A DNA stretch of 64,000 nt from Mytilus californianus (taxonomy: Eukaryota). This document shows, in pieces, positions 40,706-54,123 of this stretch (positions within the stretch are counted from its first letter, which is position 1; the number at the start of each line of letters is the position of its first letter). The stretch lies in assembly GCF_021869535.1 (NCBI RefSeq), contig NW_026262581.1:15934001-15998000 (forward strand). Reading direction: 5' to 3'. The notes under the pieces are model-generated. The model was not told the origin of the DNA. It saw nothing but the letters and a program-made list of their open reading frames with translations, and ran no database searches. The translations under genes were made by a program, and so were the position numbers.

Positions 40706-42759
40706 TATAATTTTTTTCCTAGCTTACGAAAGTAATTGTTAAGAAATTTCATATATAATACTTAAATATTTTAACAATCAATTATATTTCTTAAAGATGA
40801 TTTTCATTCAGTATCACGATATGACCGACCTTATCATTAAATAAGATCAAATAAGAATTCTCCAGGGGGGATCATGTATATAATATCCAGTAGATGCTGC
40901 TGTTCGTAGTTGTATAATGCCAATATATAGTTAAGCTTTAATTTTATAATTGTTGGTCCTTCATGTAAAGTATATCTTCAGTATTACTTTTCTTTATTAA
41001 CTTAGCACATTCCGAACTAACGATATTGTTAATTAAAGTATACTCCTGGGATTGAACATGGAGATTATTGTTTATATGACGTTTTAATGAATCGATTGTT
41101 TATATAATTAGTTTATTGTTTTTTTTTTTTATTCCAAATCCCATTGAAGGGGTTAGCGGAATGTCATTCTGTAGCCTTGACTGTTGAAATATGCTAGTTT
41201 GCAATGGTTTTCTATAGAACATCTTCTTCAAATAGCAAAGGTCTAAAATAAAGCTTGTAATTATAGTGTATTGATAAGAGACAGAGCAGTAAAGTACATC
41301 GGCAAAGTTTCAGATTGGGTAATGATTAAGAATAATCGTACGATTATTTAGTTTCTTACTCAATTTTACTATCATAAAACAGAGGTTAGAATATGCCATT
41401 AAAACAATTTTAATAAAATTTTGAGTATCATCAGTTACTAGTATTTGAAAGTTTTTTGAACAATTTGAAAGAAAACGAAATCAATATTTCCTTGTTTTGA
41501 ACAGAAATAGTTTATTATTTTGACTTACAGACATATTCGATCGGTTGACGTTTGATATAGAATTGATTTAGGTTCGCCTATTTATTGTTCTTGACAAAGA
41601 GACAACCGCCCGATTAGAACTTGATAATTGTACCATTTTTTGTATTTATTAGACAAGCTTTAATATATAATACATATAAAATCAGTTTCATGATCTATAG
41701 CTGGCTGCATGTATTTCAGTTTTCAACGACGAACATGAAGTGCAAGACTGGGCAAGATTTTAACTCAGTGTTGCAGTCTAGAAGCTTAGTTTTGTTTAAG
41801 TAATTTCAATTCACAGTTTCCTGTTTTTTTTACGTTCAGGGATTTTAATACATTTTCCAAACGAAAAGGCGCTGTCAAAATTCAATTGAATAGATTTTTT
41901 AACGAAAGCTTGTACACAGACAATCTTGGACCCGTTTGAACGATCCTCGACTGAATTTTTCAGTCAAATAATGTGCCTTTTCTGAGTCACGTAGGATCTT
42001 AAAAGTCACGTGTCTAGCTGGTAAATGTGAAAACAATCATGATACAATTCAAGGGGAAAAAACTACCTGGTAAATGTAAAAAAAATATACAATTCAAGGA
42101 GAAAAAGTGGTGTAGCTTGAAAAGACACGCACATTTTTTTAACAAAATAGGCTTTATTTGTTTGCAAATGATCTGTGTCTTTTGAAAAAAAAAAACAGTT
42201 GGAAAAATTCTATATAGAAATAAAATGCGTGCCGTATCTTCGCCTGAATGATATTGGAGCTCCTAATATACAAAATAACAGATCAGTTTCAGGATCAAGT
42301 TAGCATACATAACATAACGACAAATAAGTACTTAAGAGATACGGTGTGGTTGATGCTATTTTAACCTCGCTTACATTTTTTAGGATGTTTTGGATGTTTT
42401 TATCTCTTTTTCAAGTAATTATGTAAGACATAAAAAAAAAATAGTCCGAGTGCATATTGAGTTTGGCATTGTGATTGTATGCTAAGAATCAAATATATTA
42501 CGTATGCACAAGTTATAATTATAATTTAAATATTTTTTTTTTTGCGAAAAGTATTTTTTCCCCCAAATCTGCATACTTAACAATATTTGTGAACATTTTC
42601 TTTCGGAACTGAAAACAATAAACAGTGTTCACAGAAAAATGATTCTTGTCAATAATAGGAGAATAACATACAGTGCCGATAGAAACGGAAAAGGGTTACT
42701 AATTGTGGACAATTTACTTTTAATATTTCATGTTTCTTTAACGATTGTATCAAGATCTC

Positions 42760-42990
42760 TGATTTCGAGAAATACCATGACTGAACACATTTTTCTAGAG
42801 GTTATTGATGTGTAAACGGGGGCGGTTAACGCGCGTTTGTGAGTCAGATGCCAAGTTTACACACTAATAATCTCTAAAAGAGTCTTTTAATCCTTATAAT
42901 TTATAATCCAAACATTGGTTTTTCATTTTATTTTTCAATTTCAACTTTCTTGGAACCAAAGGGTTTCATGTATGTGTATCGCGCATACAT
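42760..42990. repeat. Dispersed ~230-bp repeat with internal hairpin; second copy 48845-49075
   Basis: TTTCGAGAAATACCAT..TTTCTAGAGGTT..TGATGTGTAAAC..GTTTACA..CTCTAAAA..TTTCAATTTCAACT shared. Confidence 0.7.
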
Positions 42991-43029
42991 CGACATAGTG
43001 CTTATGGAACATAAAATAATATCCCCCAT

Positions 43030-43710
43030 GAGATATCCGTTGGACAAAATTTCATATAAAATATTGTCCGCGAACACTATTTCATAATGAAATACTGTCC
43101 AGGACAATATTTGATTTGTCACCTCCTTCTGGACAATATTTCACTATAAAATACTGTCCATGACAATATTTCACTGTGAAATTCTGTCCATGACAATGTT
43201 TCACTTTGAAACACTGTCCATGAAAATATTTCTTAATGTAATAATGTCTTCCGCAAGGTTTCCTCTGCCGTGAAATTGTGAGCGTTTCTGGATTATTTAT
43301 TTTAAATATTCATGAAAAGTATGCGTATAACCATAAATTGCCGCATAAGTTAATTATGCATGTTTGTTCGTTATTATCAATCAAATAAAACACTTTAATG
43401 ATATCGTTATCCAAAATATTAAATGTTTATTACCTCCCTTTCATGAGACAAAATTTCATGACAATCCATCTATGAAATATTGTCTCAATATACAAACAAC
43501 AAATAACCTTGAATAACCTCCCATTAACAAGACAAAATTTCATACTATTCATCTGCGAAATATTGTCTGTATATGGACAAAATTTCACATGGAAATTTGT
43601 CCTTTTCTGGACGTAATTTCATACATAGTGACAAAATTTCCTGATACAACAAAGTCATGAAATATTGTCTTGGGGATAATATTTCATAGGACAATATTTT
43701 GCTTCACATT
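43030..43710. repeat. Cluster of ~30-bp palindromic subrepeats (GGACAATATTTCA-N3-TGAAATATTGTCC), MITE-like
   Basis: Repeated CTGTCCATGACAATATTTCACTGTGAAATT units at 43080-43240 and inverted-type units at 43445-43710. Confidence 0.6.
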
Positions 43711-44483
43711 TACATAGATTACGAAAGCAGTTTCGGCAACATGGTTTATTGAAGTGTAGTCCTAATTTACTGTCTTTCGACTAGATTCGTGCATTACTCC
43801 ACTGACTGTCCAAGTGACATCCTTGACTTTAAGACGTACCGTGACATTTTTGTCTTTTATATTCTGCTGCATTTGATAACCATGTATTGTACAGCCTAAT
43901 GAAATGCATAACTGTTTGTAATAACCATTAAATTATATAATCTAACCTAATGAAATGCATACCTGTTTGTAATAATCATTATATAATTTAACCTTTTTTC
44001 AATTGAAAAAACTATATATCGATGTTGCTGCTTCCAAACTTTTGTTTAACATGACTGTATATTTCATTATGTTTTATCGTATAACTTGTTAAGATTTCCA
44101 CGTTTCTGTTGAATTTATTTTGGTATAAAGTGTTGAATAAACGTTGTTAAAGTTTACATTGTTCATATTGACTGTTCCCAATAGTTTGAACTTCATTACC
44201 ACAAGGTCAGTAAGATAAGTTATCTCTTCCGGTGCATTTGATGTCACTTCCAGTTTTGCCCAATCTTTTAAGCATTAATCTATTGAAAAGTCTTCACTGT
44301 TTTTCTATACTTTTGATTATTGGAGATGGGGTGTAAAAGCCAATGAGACAACAATACAACGACACAAACAAAATACTGTAAGATCTTTTCTTGTGTACAT
44401 GTACACATAACTCAATGGTTGTTCTTTAACTCATTTAGCAAAACATCTTAAAGAGAAAAATAATCGGAAGTCAATACATTCCA

Positions 44484-44510
44484 GGCCCCGTATTCACAAA
44501 CCTGTCGTAA
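44484..44510 (+). mobile_element. Probable Harbinger-type terminus, separated from its body by the Penelope-like insertion
   Basis: GGCCCCGTATTCACAAA resembles PIF/Harbinger termini; the sequence appears to resume at 46008. Confidence 0.45.
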
Positions 44511-46004
44511 ATATAAAAATAAGAAGATGTGGTATGATTGCCAATGAGAAAACTCTCCACAAGAGACCAAATGACACAGAAATTAATAACTATAGGTCAC
44601 CGTACGGCCTTCAACAATGAGCAAAGTCCATTCCGCATAGATAGCTATAAAAGGCCCCGAAATGACAAATATAAAACTATTCAAACGAGAAAACTAACGG
44701 TCTGATTTATGTACAAAATAATGAACGAAAAACAAATATGATATACAGCAACAAACGACAACCACTGAATTAAAGGCTCCTGACTTGGGACCGGCAGATA
44801 CTGAATGTGGCGGGGTTAAACATGATAGCGGCCGCCCAACCCTCCCCTAACATGGGACAGTGGTGTAACAGTACAACATATGAACAAACTATAAAAATCA
44901 GTTGAAAAGGGCTTAACTCATCAGATAGATACAAAGCAAAAACAAGTAACAAAAACACAGAGTGGACGTAGCAGGGTACTTATACATCCCCACAACAAAA
45001 ATGAATATGCATATATATATAAAAATAATGTTTAGTTTGATTTTAATTTACTGATAACAAAATCAATATTAATACCAATAAAAACAATATTTAAAGATCT
45101 AATTACAGTGTTGAATTGGTAACCTTTTAGAATTTTATTCAAAGGATCGATAAGTTTACCCGGATCGTTTCTAAATTTCCGGGCTCGGTAAACAACATCT
45201 CCGTAAAAATTAGCATGTGCTATCCCGTTTGAAATAAGTTTTCTAAAGGTGCAACCAAACTTCAAAACCAAATTTTTACATCTATGGAAGAATTTAGTAA
45301 AGGTTTTAAGTAATTTGTGGTAACGAAATCCCTGACTTAATAATTTACCAGTAATACATAGATTACGTTCATTGAAATCCAAAACGTCATAGCAGACACG
45401 GGCATAGCGAACGAGTTGTGATATATAAACACCGTAAGATGGTGCCAAAGGAACATAACCGTCCGAAAAAGGAAAATTAACAATAGGGAACGAAAAATCG
45501 TCCCTTTTGTCGTAAATTTTAGTGTAGAGTTTCCCATGTGAAACTGAAGTATCTAAATCTAGGAAAGGACAGTTATTATCATTTATATGTGGTTTATTTA
45601 GAGTAAGTTCCTTTGGGTAAATTTCGGCAGTATATTTAGAAAATTCTTGATTATTTAACGAAAAAATATCATCAAGATAACGGTAAGTGTTGTTGAATTT
45701 ATCACTTAAATGCAATTTAGACGGGACTTTACTGAGTTTGGTCATAAACTGTGATTCATGACAGTACAGGAACAAGTCTGATAATAAAGGGGCTCAATTG
45801 GTGCCAATAGGAATACCTACAACCTGTCGATAAACTTTATTGCCGAAACGTACATAAATATTATCAAGGAGAAAATTAACAGTTTCAATCATCTCATCAC
45901 ACCTCCAGTAAGTATATCTAGCATATTTACCTTTCTCATTAGAGAAAAAGGCTTTAAATGAGTTGCAGCAAATTCATTTGCATTCAGATTTACCAAACGA
46001 CCAT
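44511..46004 (-). mobile_element. 5'-truncated Penelope-like retroelement (Naiad-type architecture)
   Basis: RT frame with no C-terminal GIY-YIG after the thumb, ~520-nt 3' UTR ending ...CCACATCTTCTTATTTTTATAT. Confidence 0.8.
45032..46003 (-). pseudogene. Penelope-like RT C-terminal half with two in-frame TGA codons
   Basis: Frame reads WSFGKSECK*ICCNSF...RQVVGIPIGTN*APLLSDLFLYCHE...RYLDD...FLDL...YDKRDDFSFPIVNFPF...YGVYISQLVRYAR; TGA at 45974-45976 and 45794-45796. Confidence 0.88.
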
Positions 46005-46007
46005 TAA

Positions 46008-46275
46008 GGTAAGGTTTATAATTATCGTAAGTTGTAATTTGTATCCACAAAAGAAATTTAGGATGCTAGGTGTTGTAAATAATGTAATAAACTAACGACT
46101 GCTCGAAGCCTGTCGAAACTCGTAAATTCGTTATCGCAAATATGGCTGCATCTCTAATATTAAGAGAAAACATAAGATTCATTAGGCGAACAAGGATATT
46201 TTTAGATAGATCTAACCCCTTAGAAAGGCCTGATGATTTTCTATTAAGGGCATACAGATTTCCGAGGCAAAAAAT
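46008..46275 (+). mobile_element. PIF/Harbinger transposase N-terminal remnant
   Basis: ORF 46142-46345 begins ...RRTRIFLDRSNPLERPDDFLLRAYRFPRQKII, like Harbinger/HARBI1 N-termini (DEYLMSMYGFPRQFI, recalled); similarity lost afterwards. Confidence 0.7.
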
Positions 46276-46569
46276 CATAAATATGAGTATGTCTCAATGG
46301 TTGAAGAACAACAAAACTCTTTACACAGAGACCAACTTGACATAAACACATGTATGAAACATTCTTTAAACATATATAGATTTAATGGAGAGCAGATTAT
46401 TCGCAAATGAAATGAAAATAACCAAAAACGTTAAACATTAAATGAAAGGTTTCAATTAAGAAATATGGTTAAATTTTCTTTCGCAAATACTGCGATACGA
46501 CTAACAACAACTACAAATATAAATATAAAAGAAATATCTAGAAACAATCTTTTTTTCATCTTTAATGAT

Positions 46570-47045
46570 TCGGATAAATAAACAAAATAGGAGATGCATA
46601 ATAGTATTTATAGGGTGCACGTTTCAATAAGTTGTAATAAGGGGTTTGGAGTGAGTTGCGGATACAAACGGGTACCCCCATAAAATAAATGGCAAGCTCC
46701 ATATTTTGGTAAGCGAAACCAAAAAAAAAAAAATTGGACCAAAAGCAATATAGAGGGTACACAATGGCATTATATGATAATGATTCTGAGAAAGTTTCAT
46801 TACATTATGATGAGGGGTTAAGGAGGAGATGCAGGTACAAATGTGTTTTATATACTGTGCCGATAACCTAGCAATCCAAAAGTAAACACCAAAACTCATT
46901 CAATATTCTGTCAAGCGGTTCAGGACCAGTTGCGTATACTTGAGTGGGACAGACGGACAAAAACGAAGAAACTGACGAACCAACGGACAAGCGGTCGGGT
47001 GGACGGACTCCCATAATAACTTAAAAAACGGGGGAATAATAATCC
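46570..47045 (-). mobile_element. Probable HINE
   Basis: (GGAC/AGAC)n microsatellite 46948-47010 next to CTCCC..CGGGGGAATAA end; left boundary approximate. Confidence 0.5.
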
Positions 47046-47429
47046 AACTAAAATGTACTTTGTTTCATTGTATGAATGAGCCCAGGCAGTTGTCAAACTA
47101 GAACGATAATTTTTATACACATAAGTGAAATTAATGAAAAATAATAGTTTATCATAAAAAAAATTATTAGTGCAATAAAAATAAATAAATAGAGAACTAG
47201 TATTTGGATAGAGTATGATTATTCAAAAGACATTTTATATTTTTATTTCATTCAAATACTATAACCCTTGAATCGTAAGCTTTTTAAAATGTGTATAACT
47301 GTATTTATAACTTATTTGTTTTTCGTATGGTGAATACATTCAGAGTAAAGTATGATATTGGTAAGGCAAAAGAATCTGTACATAGGCAACAAACTTTCTA
47401 TGATTATAATGATTGAATTTGGACTTCAA

Positions 47430-47500
47430 AATTTTGGGTTTTGGCATTTGCGGTGGAGCTAGGTTAATTCAGAAAAGCGCTTTGATCTTCGAACATCTAC
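47430..47500 (+). repeat. Decayed hammerhead-family remnant
   Basis: AGGTTAATTCAGAAAAGCGCTTTG matches 51720-51745. Confidence 0.45.
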
Positions 47501-49047
47501 AATGTATATAGAATTATCAATTCGGAAAATTTATTGAACATGTTGAAGTAGAGAACGCATAACAATAAAGAAACTTGTAAAATTATAATTGTAATTCGAT
47601 TTACGTAATTTAATTACAAATTACAAAATCTGATATACACACCATTCCTAGAGATGAAAGACACCTGTAGTTTGTCATCTCTGCTCCACATCAATTGAAA
47701 ACGAATTCCATTATTTATTTGAGTAAAAATAATAAGAAATAAGCAAGTTCCCGAATATTATTATAGATATCCATGTGTTAAGACAATGAAAGGGCTTCTT
47801 TTTCTTTCATTTTGCAACATTAAAGTGATGAAAACTTACCACTTTTTATTAACAAAATAGTTAGAATATTGTAATTATACTCTTTTATGAAATTACGTTA
47901 ACATTGTTCTGTATATAAATAGTTACAAACATAATTCATATAGTTACAATATGATGATGCCTCTTGTTATATATGTATATGTGTCTGAGTGTTTTTTAAT
48001 AAAATATTATGTTCTATTTTATGTTAAGTTACCAGCGACACATATCACATGAATGGTGTAATATTAAATCGTTGAACATATTGAGAGAAACAAACAGAAA
48101 AAGATTCAGGAATAATTTAATGCTAAAATGCATTCACACTCTAGATTTGGTATAGAAATGAACTCGTATGTCTCATACATGTTTTATTTGATGTACAAAA
48201 TAGAAATTCGTAAATAACTGCTTTTTTTCTGACGTTATATCTCCATAAGCCTGGAAATGTCATTGTGGGTCACAAATATGATCCTGAGTCCGAGTTCATT
48301 TGATATGACATTAATTATTGAGAGTGTTTAACTTAAAATTCAATTCGGATTTCAAATCGGGCACTTGCTGAACAAAATCCTTCTCCGAAACGTAAAATGA
48401 TTGTTCTTTAGATTTACGACATTTATTTACCAATTGCAGTACTACGACAACGTTGGAGAATGATTACGAAATGTCTTATGCATGTCTTATATTTACGATA
48501 AATAATAACAATACGACATGTTGCATCGTATCTTTAGTGATTATGAGGCCAGTATAACGTACTATCATTTTTATCGTAAGATTTTTTGTGAAAAGAGCCA
48601 CTGTCCCTGTCAGTGGATTATCTCAGAGAGGTAGAGATGGGTTGGTAACTTTCACATGTTATGTTTTCAAAAAAATCTAACGTGTTTTCGATTTCCCTAA
48701 TGCAAAGCTGCTACTGAAATTTAAGCTACATAGCATAGGGTTGACAGCAATTGAAATCATTTCTGGAACACTTTTCTAGATCGTTACGGAACATCTATAC
48801 ATCACAGATCTAGATGACCACGGGTATGATAACAAAAATGGCGATAATTTCGAGAAATACCATAGGATTAAACACATCTTTTCTAGAGGTTGCTGATGTG
48901 TAAACTGGTGCGAATAAATCACATGTTTGTATGTCAGAGGCCCAGTTTACATATCAAAAACCTCTAAAAAAACACGTTTAATCCTTTTAATTCTTAACCC
49001 AAACATTTTTCGTGTTTGTCTTTCAATTTCAACTCTCCTGGAACTCA

Positions 49048-49277
49048 AGGATTCCATGTACATGTATATATGTGTATTGCAAGGATTCCATAAATATATG
49101 TGTATCGCGAGGATTTCATGTATATATGTGTATCGCGAGGATGCCATGTTTATATGCGTATCGCGAGGATTCCATGTATATATGTGTATCGCAAGGATTC
49201 CATGTATATATGTGTATCGCGAGGATTCCATGTATATATGTGTATCGCGAGGATTCCATGTATATATGTGTATCGCG
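49048..49277. repeat. 28-bp minisatellite, 8 copies
   Basis: AGGATTCCATGTATATATGTGTATCGCG at 49048 (34-bp variant), 49082, 49110, 49138, 49166, 49194, 49222, 49250. Confidence 0.94.
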
Positions 49278-51569
49278 AATGAATTATATTGTCATTATTG
49301 TCTTGTAGCTTGATTTAACCAGGAGTTTCCCAGCAGTTGCCACAGATGGAGCAGGTTTTTCTTACAATTTTATGAAACAATTTTGTTGTTCCCAAATTTT
49401 CAAAAGGTTGATGAGACCTCTATTTCTCTATTTCATTGCTCTAATTTTTGGCAGGTTTGGATGAAGTCCAATTTAAACCGTTTATAGTATGGCGATGTCG
49501 GACGGGTAAAGAGGGTACCTAATTTGTGTAATCAACTCCTCCTACAGTTTTCCGCCCAGATACCTGAAATTTCACAGAAAGGTTGCACATATGTTATTGA
49601 AGTTGTGCACCTGTTATTATGGAAATGTTTGAGGAATTTTTACTTTTCATATTCTAAATATTTAAATGTTCAGTATAGAGCATTCGCCATTGTTTAACTT
49701 GAGAAACATTTCTGCACAAACCGGTCATTTAAATCTTTGCTATATTTTTCCTGCTAATTAAAATGTGGTATTTTTCTGATATAAAGACGTACCATTGTCT
49801 TTCATTTAAAATGTTCTATTGTCTATCTCAATGCTGTAACCCTTATACATACTTTGGTCCTCAACATTTGAGTTAACTTGATTGTAATCTAATATTTGAG
49901 AGACACAATTTTTGTTTGTGTATAATTTATTAATTTCTAAGGTATCACTTATACTTGAACATTACATTATACAATATAATATATTTCTTAACGAAGTTGA
50001 CAATTACAATGAACATTTCATTTCAAAAATACGTGAAATTAGTATCATACTTTCATTTTAGGGATATTTAAGTTTTTCAGCATACCAAAATTAACATCTC
50101 ACAACCTCAAGCCTCATACACGGTACAATGTATTTTGCGTACTTATGACAAACATTTCATACTTGAACACATTTTCTAACACAAAGCGTTTATGTTCATA
50201 TCTCAAATAAATGGTATATACATAGGGTATATGGATATTTCGTTTCTACACATCACTTATCCAGTGGTTATTAGGAATATACAAAATTTGGACGGTTGTG
50301 ATCTATATTTCATGCTCGGGCAAAGGACAAGCTTCTCTTTTGTCTAATTATGGCCTTGAATTTCAACATACAATGCAATAAAAAAAATTCAAAATGGCCA
50401 AAATTGGTTTCTTAAATAAATCTGTTTAAAAGGCCTTGATGCTAAGTAATACGAATATCTTCTTAAGTGTACATTATGGACTCCGCACAGATGATTTTGT
50501 GCATTGTTTGGACCTCAAAGCTGAAGAGAGACCTTGGCCTCTACGATTCAAATGTTTTTAAACCGAATTGTGCAAAGGTATATATCGAAGCCCTAGACAT
50601 TTAGATTTTCTGATCATGGGGATGCGGCCAAAGTTATCTATGCTAAAAACTATTATAAATCATAAAAAGTAAGACCAAGACGTTACAATGCAAATAATGC
50701 ATCATTTAGGGGTCATAAATTCGTAATTTACAATGTAAAATACAAAATAGAAGTTATATTGTTTGTCTCTCGTAATATATCACATTGATCTTGCAAGCTC
50801 GTGTAATATGATATACTACTCCGGAAAATATTCCTCAATATTAGTACAACAATCTTATATCATACTGCATAGATACCATTTGTCTGTGAAGTTTACGTTT
50901 TCTATAACAAGATTAGTTAATGAATGGCAATATAAACTGAACAGAATTTCAAATTATTTTTTTGTCATGCAACTGCTCAAAAATTTGTTAGCTTATCGAT
51001 TCAAAATTTCTCAAGCAGATATTTTAATTAAATCTCAACAATTTCCAGAAATCAAATTTGAAATTTAAATACTCGCATTTCGTTCTTCAAAAAGTTCGTA
51101 TTCAAAAGTTTGATAGAAATGGAAATTAAGTTTCGCATCCATCAGCGAAATTATTTTACGACAAATCAAACTCTACGACAAAATATTAGTTGCATTTTTT
51201 CAAAATAAAGAGAACTCTTTGAGTTTCGATTTCACAGACATTTCAAAGAGTTACATCGATCCTAATTATCTTTCTCAGGTATAACTTAGGGAAACAATTT
51301 CAAACATGTAACGTTTTATGTTGCATATTCCTCCTTTTGAAGTTATCATGCAATTGAAACGGAAAAACTAAACTAGGATTCCGACTCATTTCTTAGAAAC
51401 AAGAGTTTTTGATGTGTTTTACAAACAATAAATTTTTATGGAAAAAAAATCATAGTTACATTTTGATACACATTTAAAGTACAAACTGTACTATAACATA
51501 AAGACTATATGGTCATTCACTTGGATCTTGTAGTACAAAATTTGAAATTTGTATATTAAGAAATTCATT

Positions 51570-51755
51570 AAAAAACTAAGGTTTTAACTCCCTCGGGCAA
51601 AGTTGACCGTAGTGATTTTAACTATGTTTTAGGTCCTTTTTGCAAATATAGTTCTTCAACTGTTTCGGTTGTTATACATCCTTGGCTCTCAAATTTTCGG
51701 CTTTGTGCGTTCCCGCTGAAGGTAAGTTCAGAAAAGCGCTTTGGACGTATGCAAT
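51570..51755 (+). mobile_element. ~190-bp repeat with decayed hammerhead core
   Basis: GTGCGTTCCCGCTGAAGGTAAGTTCAGAAAAGCGCTTTGGACGTATG; homologous to 30775-30960. Confidence 0.65.
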
Positions 51756-52373
51756 ACTTGGAAATAAATGTACTTTAATTGTATATTTAAAAACAATTAT
51801 TCCTTACAGCCATATTTGCAAAACTCCTTCTTTTGGAAAAAAATCAATTTTGAATTGTTTACCCCTAAACTTTATCTAAATCTGAAGATACACATGATAA
51901 TTATGTTTTATTTCCCCCGATAGCTCTTCCCTTTTGAAAGCAATTAATTTAACACAAAGAAAGCATTTCACATCACACAGAGTAATTTTCCGATACATTT
52001 CTTTGAGATATTTAAGTGGAAATTTACTGTTATAATAGATTCAAGCCCTGAATGTTAATCAATAACCAATCAATCAAAAACAACAAAGTTTGACTTTAAA
52101 CGTATTTTATCCAACATAACCTTATGCAATTCTAATTAGTACCATGAGCTTCCTACATTAGTGCTATAATTATATGATCCTTTTAACTGACAATCAACAA
52201 TGAAATATTTTGTACATTCTGCAAAAGTTAAAAAGAAAGTTATCATTCACATATATCAGGTATCGACCTTTCTCATACAGAGGAGGAAAACTTTTGCTTA
52301 CAGAACACCGTAGGAACATTTTAGTAGAAGGGTTTCATTTCCTTTGATCCTTAGTGTTGTGTTTTTATGCGTA

Positions 52374-52604
52374 TACGAGGGTCTGGATGGGTTAACAGAA
52401 TATAGAATAATGGTCAAGAAGTGCAGATTAAAATGGCCAATAAAATAAAGAATAGGAAAATCGTTAAAAAAAAATAAAAATAGAGAACAAAGGGGTGCTG
52501 AAATGTAAAGATTAGAGAATAATGGGCAAAATAAATAAAAAATACATGGAATGGTTTATAAATAAAAGAATAAAGAAATGAAGGACCCCATCCAGACCCT
52601 CATA
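52374..52604. mobile_element. Tc1/mariner-type MITE
   Basis: TA|TACGAGGGTCTGGATGGG ... CCCATCCAGACCCTCATA|TA; perfect 15-bp TIR core and TA target duplication. Confidence 0.75.
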
Positions 52605-53860
52605 TACTCCATTACTCCTTTACTCACATTTAAAACAAAACGATACACATTGCCTTTGCAATTATTTCATAGCACCTCCATGGAACGCGTATATACATGC
52701 AATGTTTAATGTGGAATATTACATACAATGTCAGTGGATGTAATTTACAAAAAATAAGAATAAACATTAGACGTTGTACAAATAAAGTGATTTTCTCACA
52801 GTAGCCTTTATAACATCGACAGAAAGAATAGTTATAAAATATGCACCCGGCCCGGGGGAATCAGGATAGTTTATCATGATATTGTTTAAGAAAGTATCTC
52901 TGTTTTGCTTTTTATAATACAAATCATCAAAGTATGTAAAATAAGCACTGTAATTTGACTTTTACTAACAGCATGACAATCAAACACTTATTTTATGTCT
53001 TACAACACCGGTATCGATTGCAAAACAATATTAACGAACAAAAACAACAACAAACGGAGAATCCGGCATTATAAAAATAATAAAAAATAAATAAACAATC
53101 ACTATTAATGAAGATAATGAAATACATTTCAATATACATGATGATAACAATACAGTTAGTATAACTGTCTTTTTCTATTGGCTTGCTTCGATTAGTACAT
53201 GCAAAAATACATATATCCCGAGGCCTCAATATGTCAAAAGGATACATATTCCTATCATAGAATTCAATGCTACGATACACCATTTAACTTCCCGTGTTTT
53301 TTTTAAATTTTGGATCTGTAGAATATGACAATGCATGTTGCATGAATGACGGGATATTTCCAGCAATTCTTCACAATCAGTATTGCCATTATAATATCAA
53401 CAAAACTATTATTCTGTGGACGTAATTTACCGATAAAATATCTTAGAAAATCCGCACATGTGCTGCCTCTAATTTCATTGAAATGCAAACTATACGAATA
53501 GTACATATTTTATACTAATAATATATTGAAAGGACATCTACATATGACATAAATGTTCCTTCCAAAGCGCCTTTCTGGGGTCAGCAGCATCAGATTCACT
53601 AATACAAACTAATCTACCAAAAAGAGAGGTTTTAAAAAAATGTCAGACCCTTTTACAATTACCGAAAGTATTGAAATAAATAAAAAACACAAAAAAATTA
53701 TAAACACAAATGAAATAAATGTAATATATATAACATAATAAAGTAATTTCAAAATATCATTTATAATCAATGTTATATGTATGTAATATTTTCTGGTAAA
53801 AGGAAGTTTCGAACAAAACCCCGAGGACATATTTGACCAGTATACGATGTCGTGCCTTAC

Positions 53861-53904
53861 ATGGAATATATGAAATTCATAGAACCTGTAATTCAAACAA
53901 TGAG
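53861..53904 (+). CDS. Unidentified gene, first coding exon (start at 53861, 53870 or 53900)
   Basis: MEYMKFIEPVIQTM-AG|gtaagt strong donor; in-frame TGA upstream at 53834; phase 2 fits the next exon. Confidence 0.55.
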
Positions 53905-54123
53905 GTAAGTTGCTATTTTTTTTTTTATTTATTTGTATTTCTATATAAAAAAAAATAATCGTGGTAACTTAATCCAATCAAACAATTACATGCTATTAAT
54001 ATACAATGGTTTTGAGCAGTCTTAGATGTTTTAGTTTTACACATTTTCAATTTCTTATTCCTTCCTACCAGTATAAAAAAGCCTGTCGCACTAAAGAAAT
54101 AATATCAAGTAGAAATTGTTTAA

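Noticed and set aside
48927-49313. Four overlapping Cys/Tyr-rich ORFs
   Set aside because: All are translations of the 28-bp minisatellite
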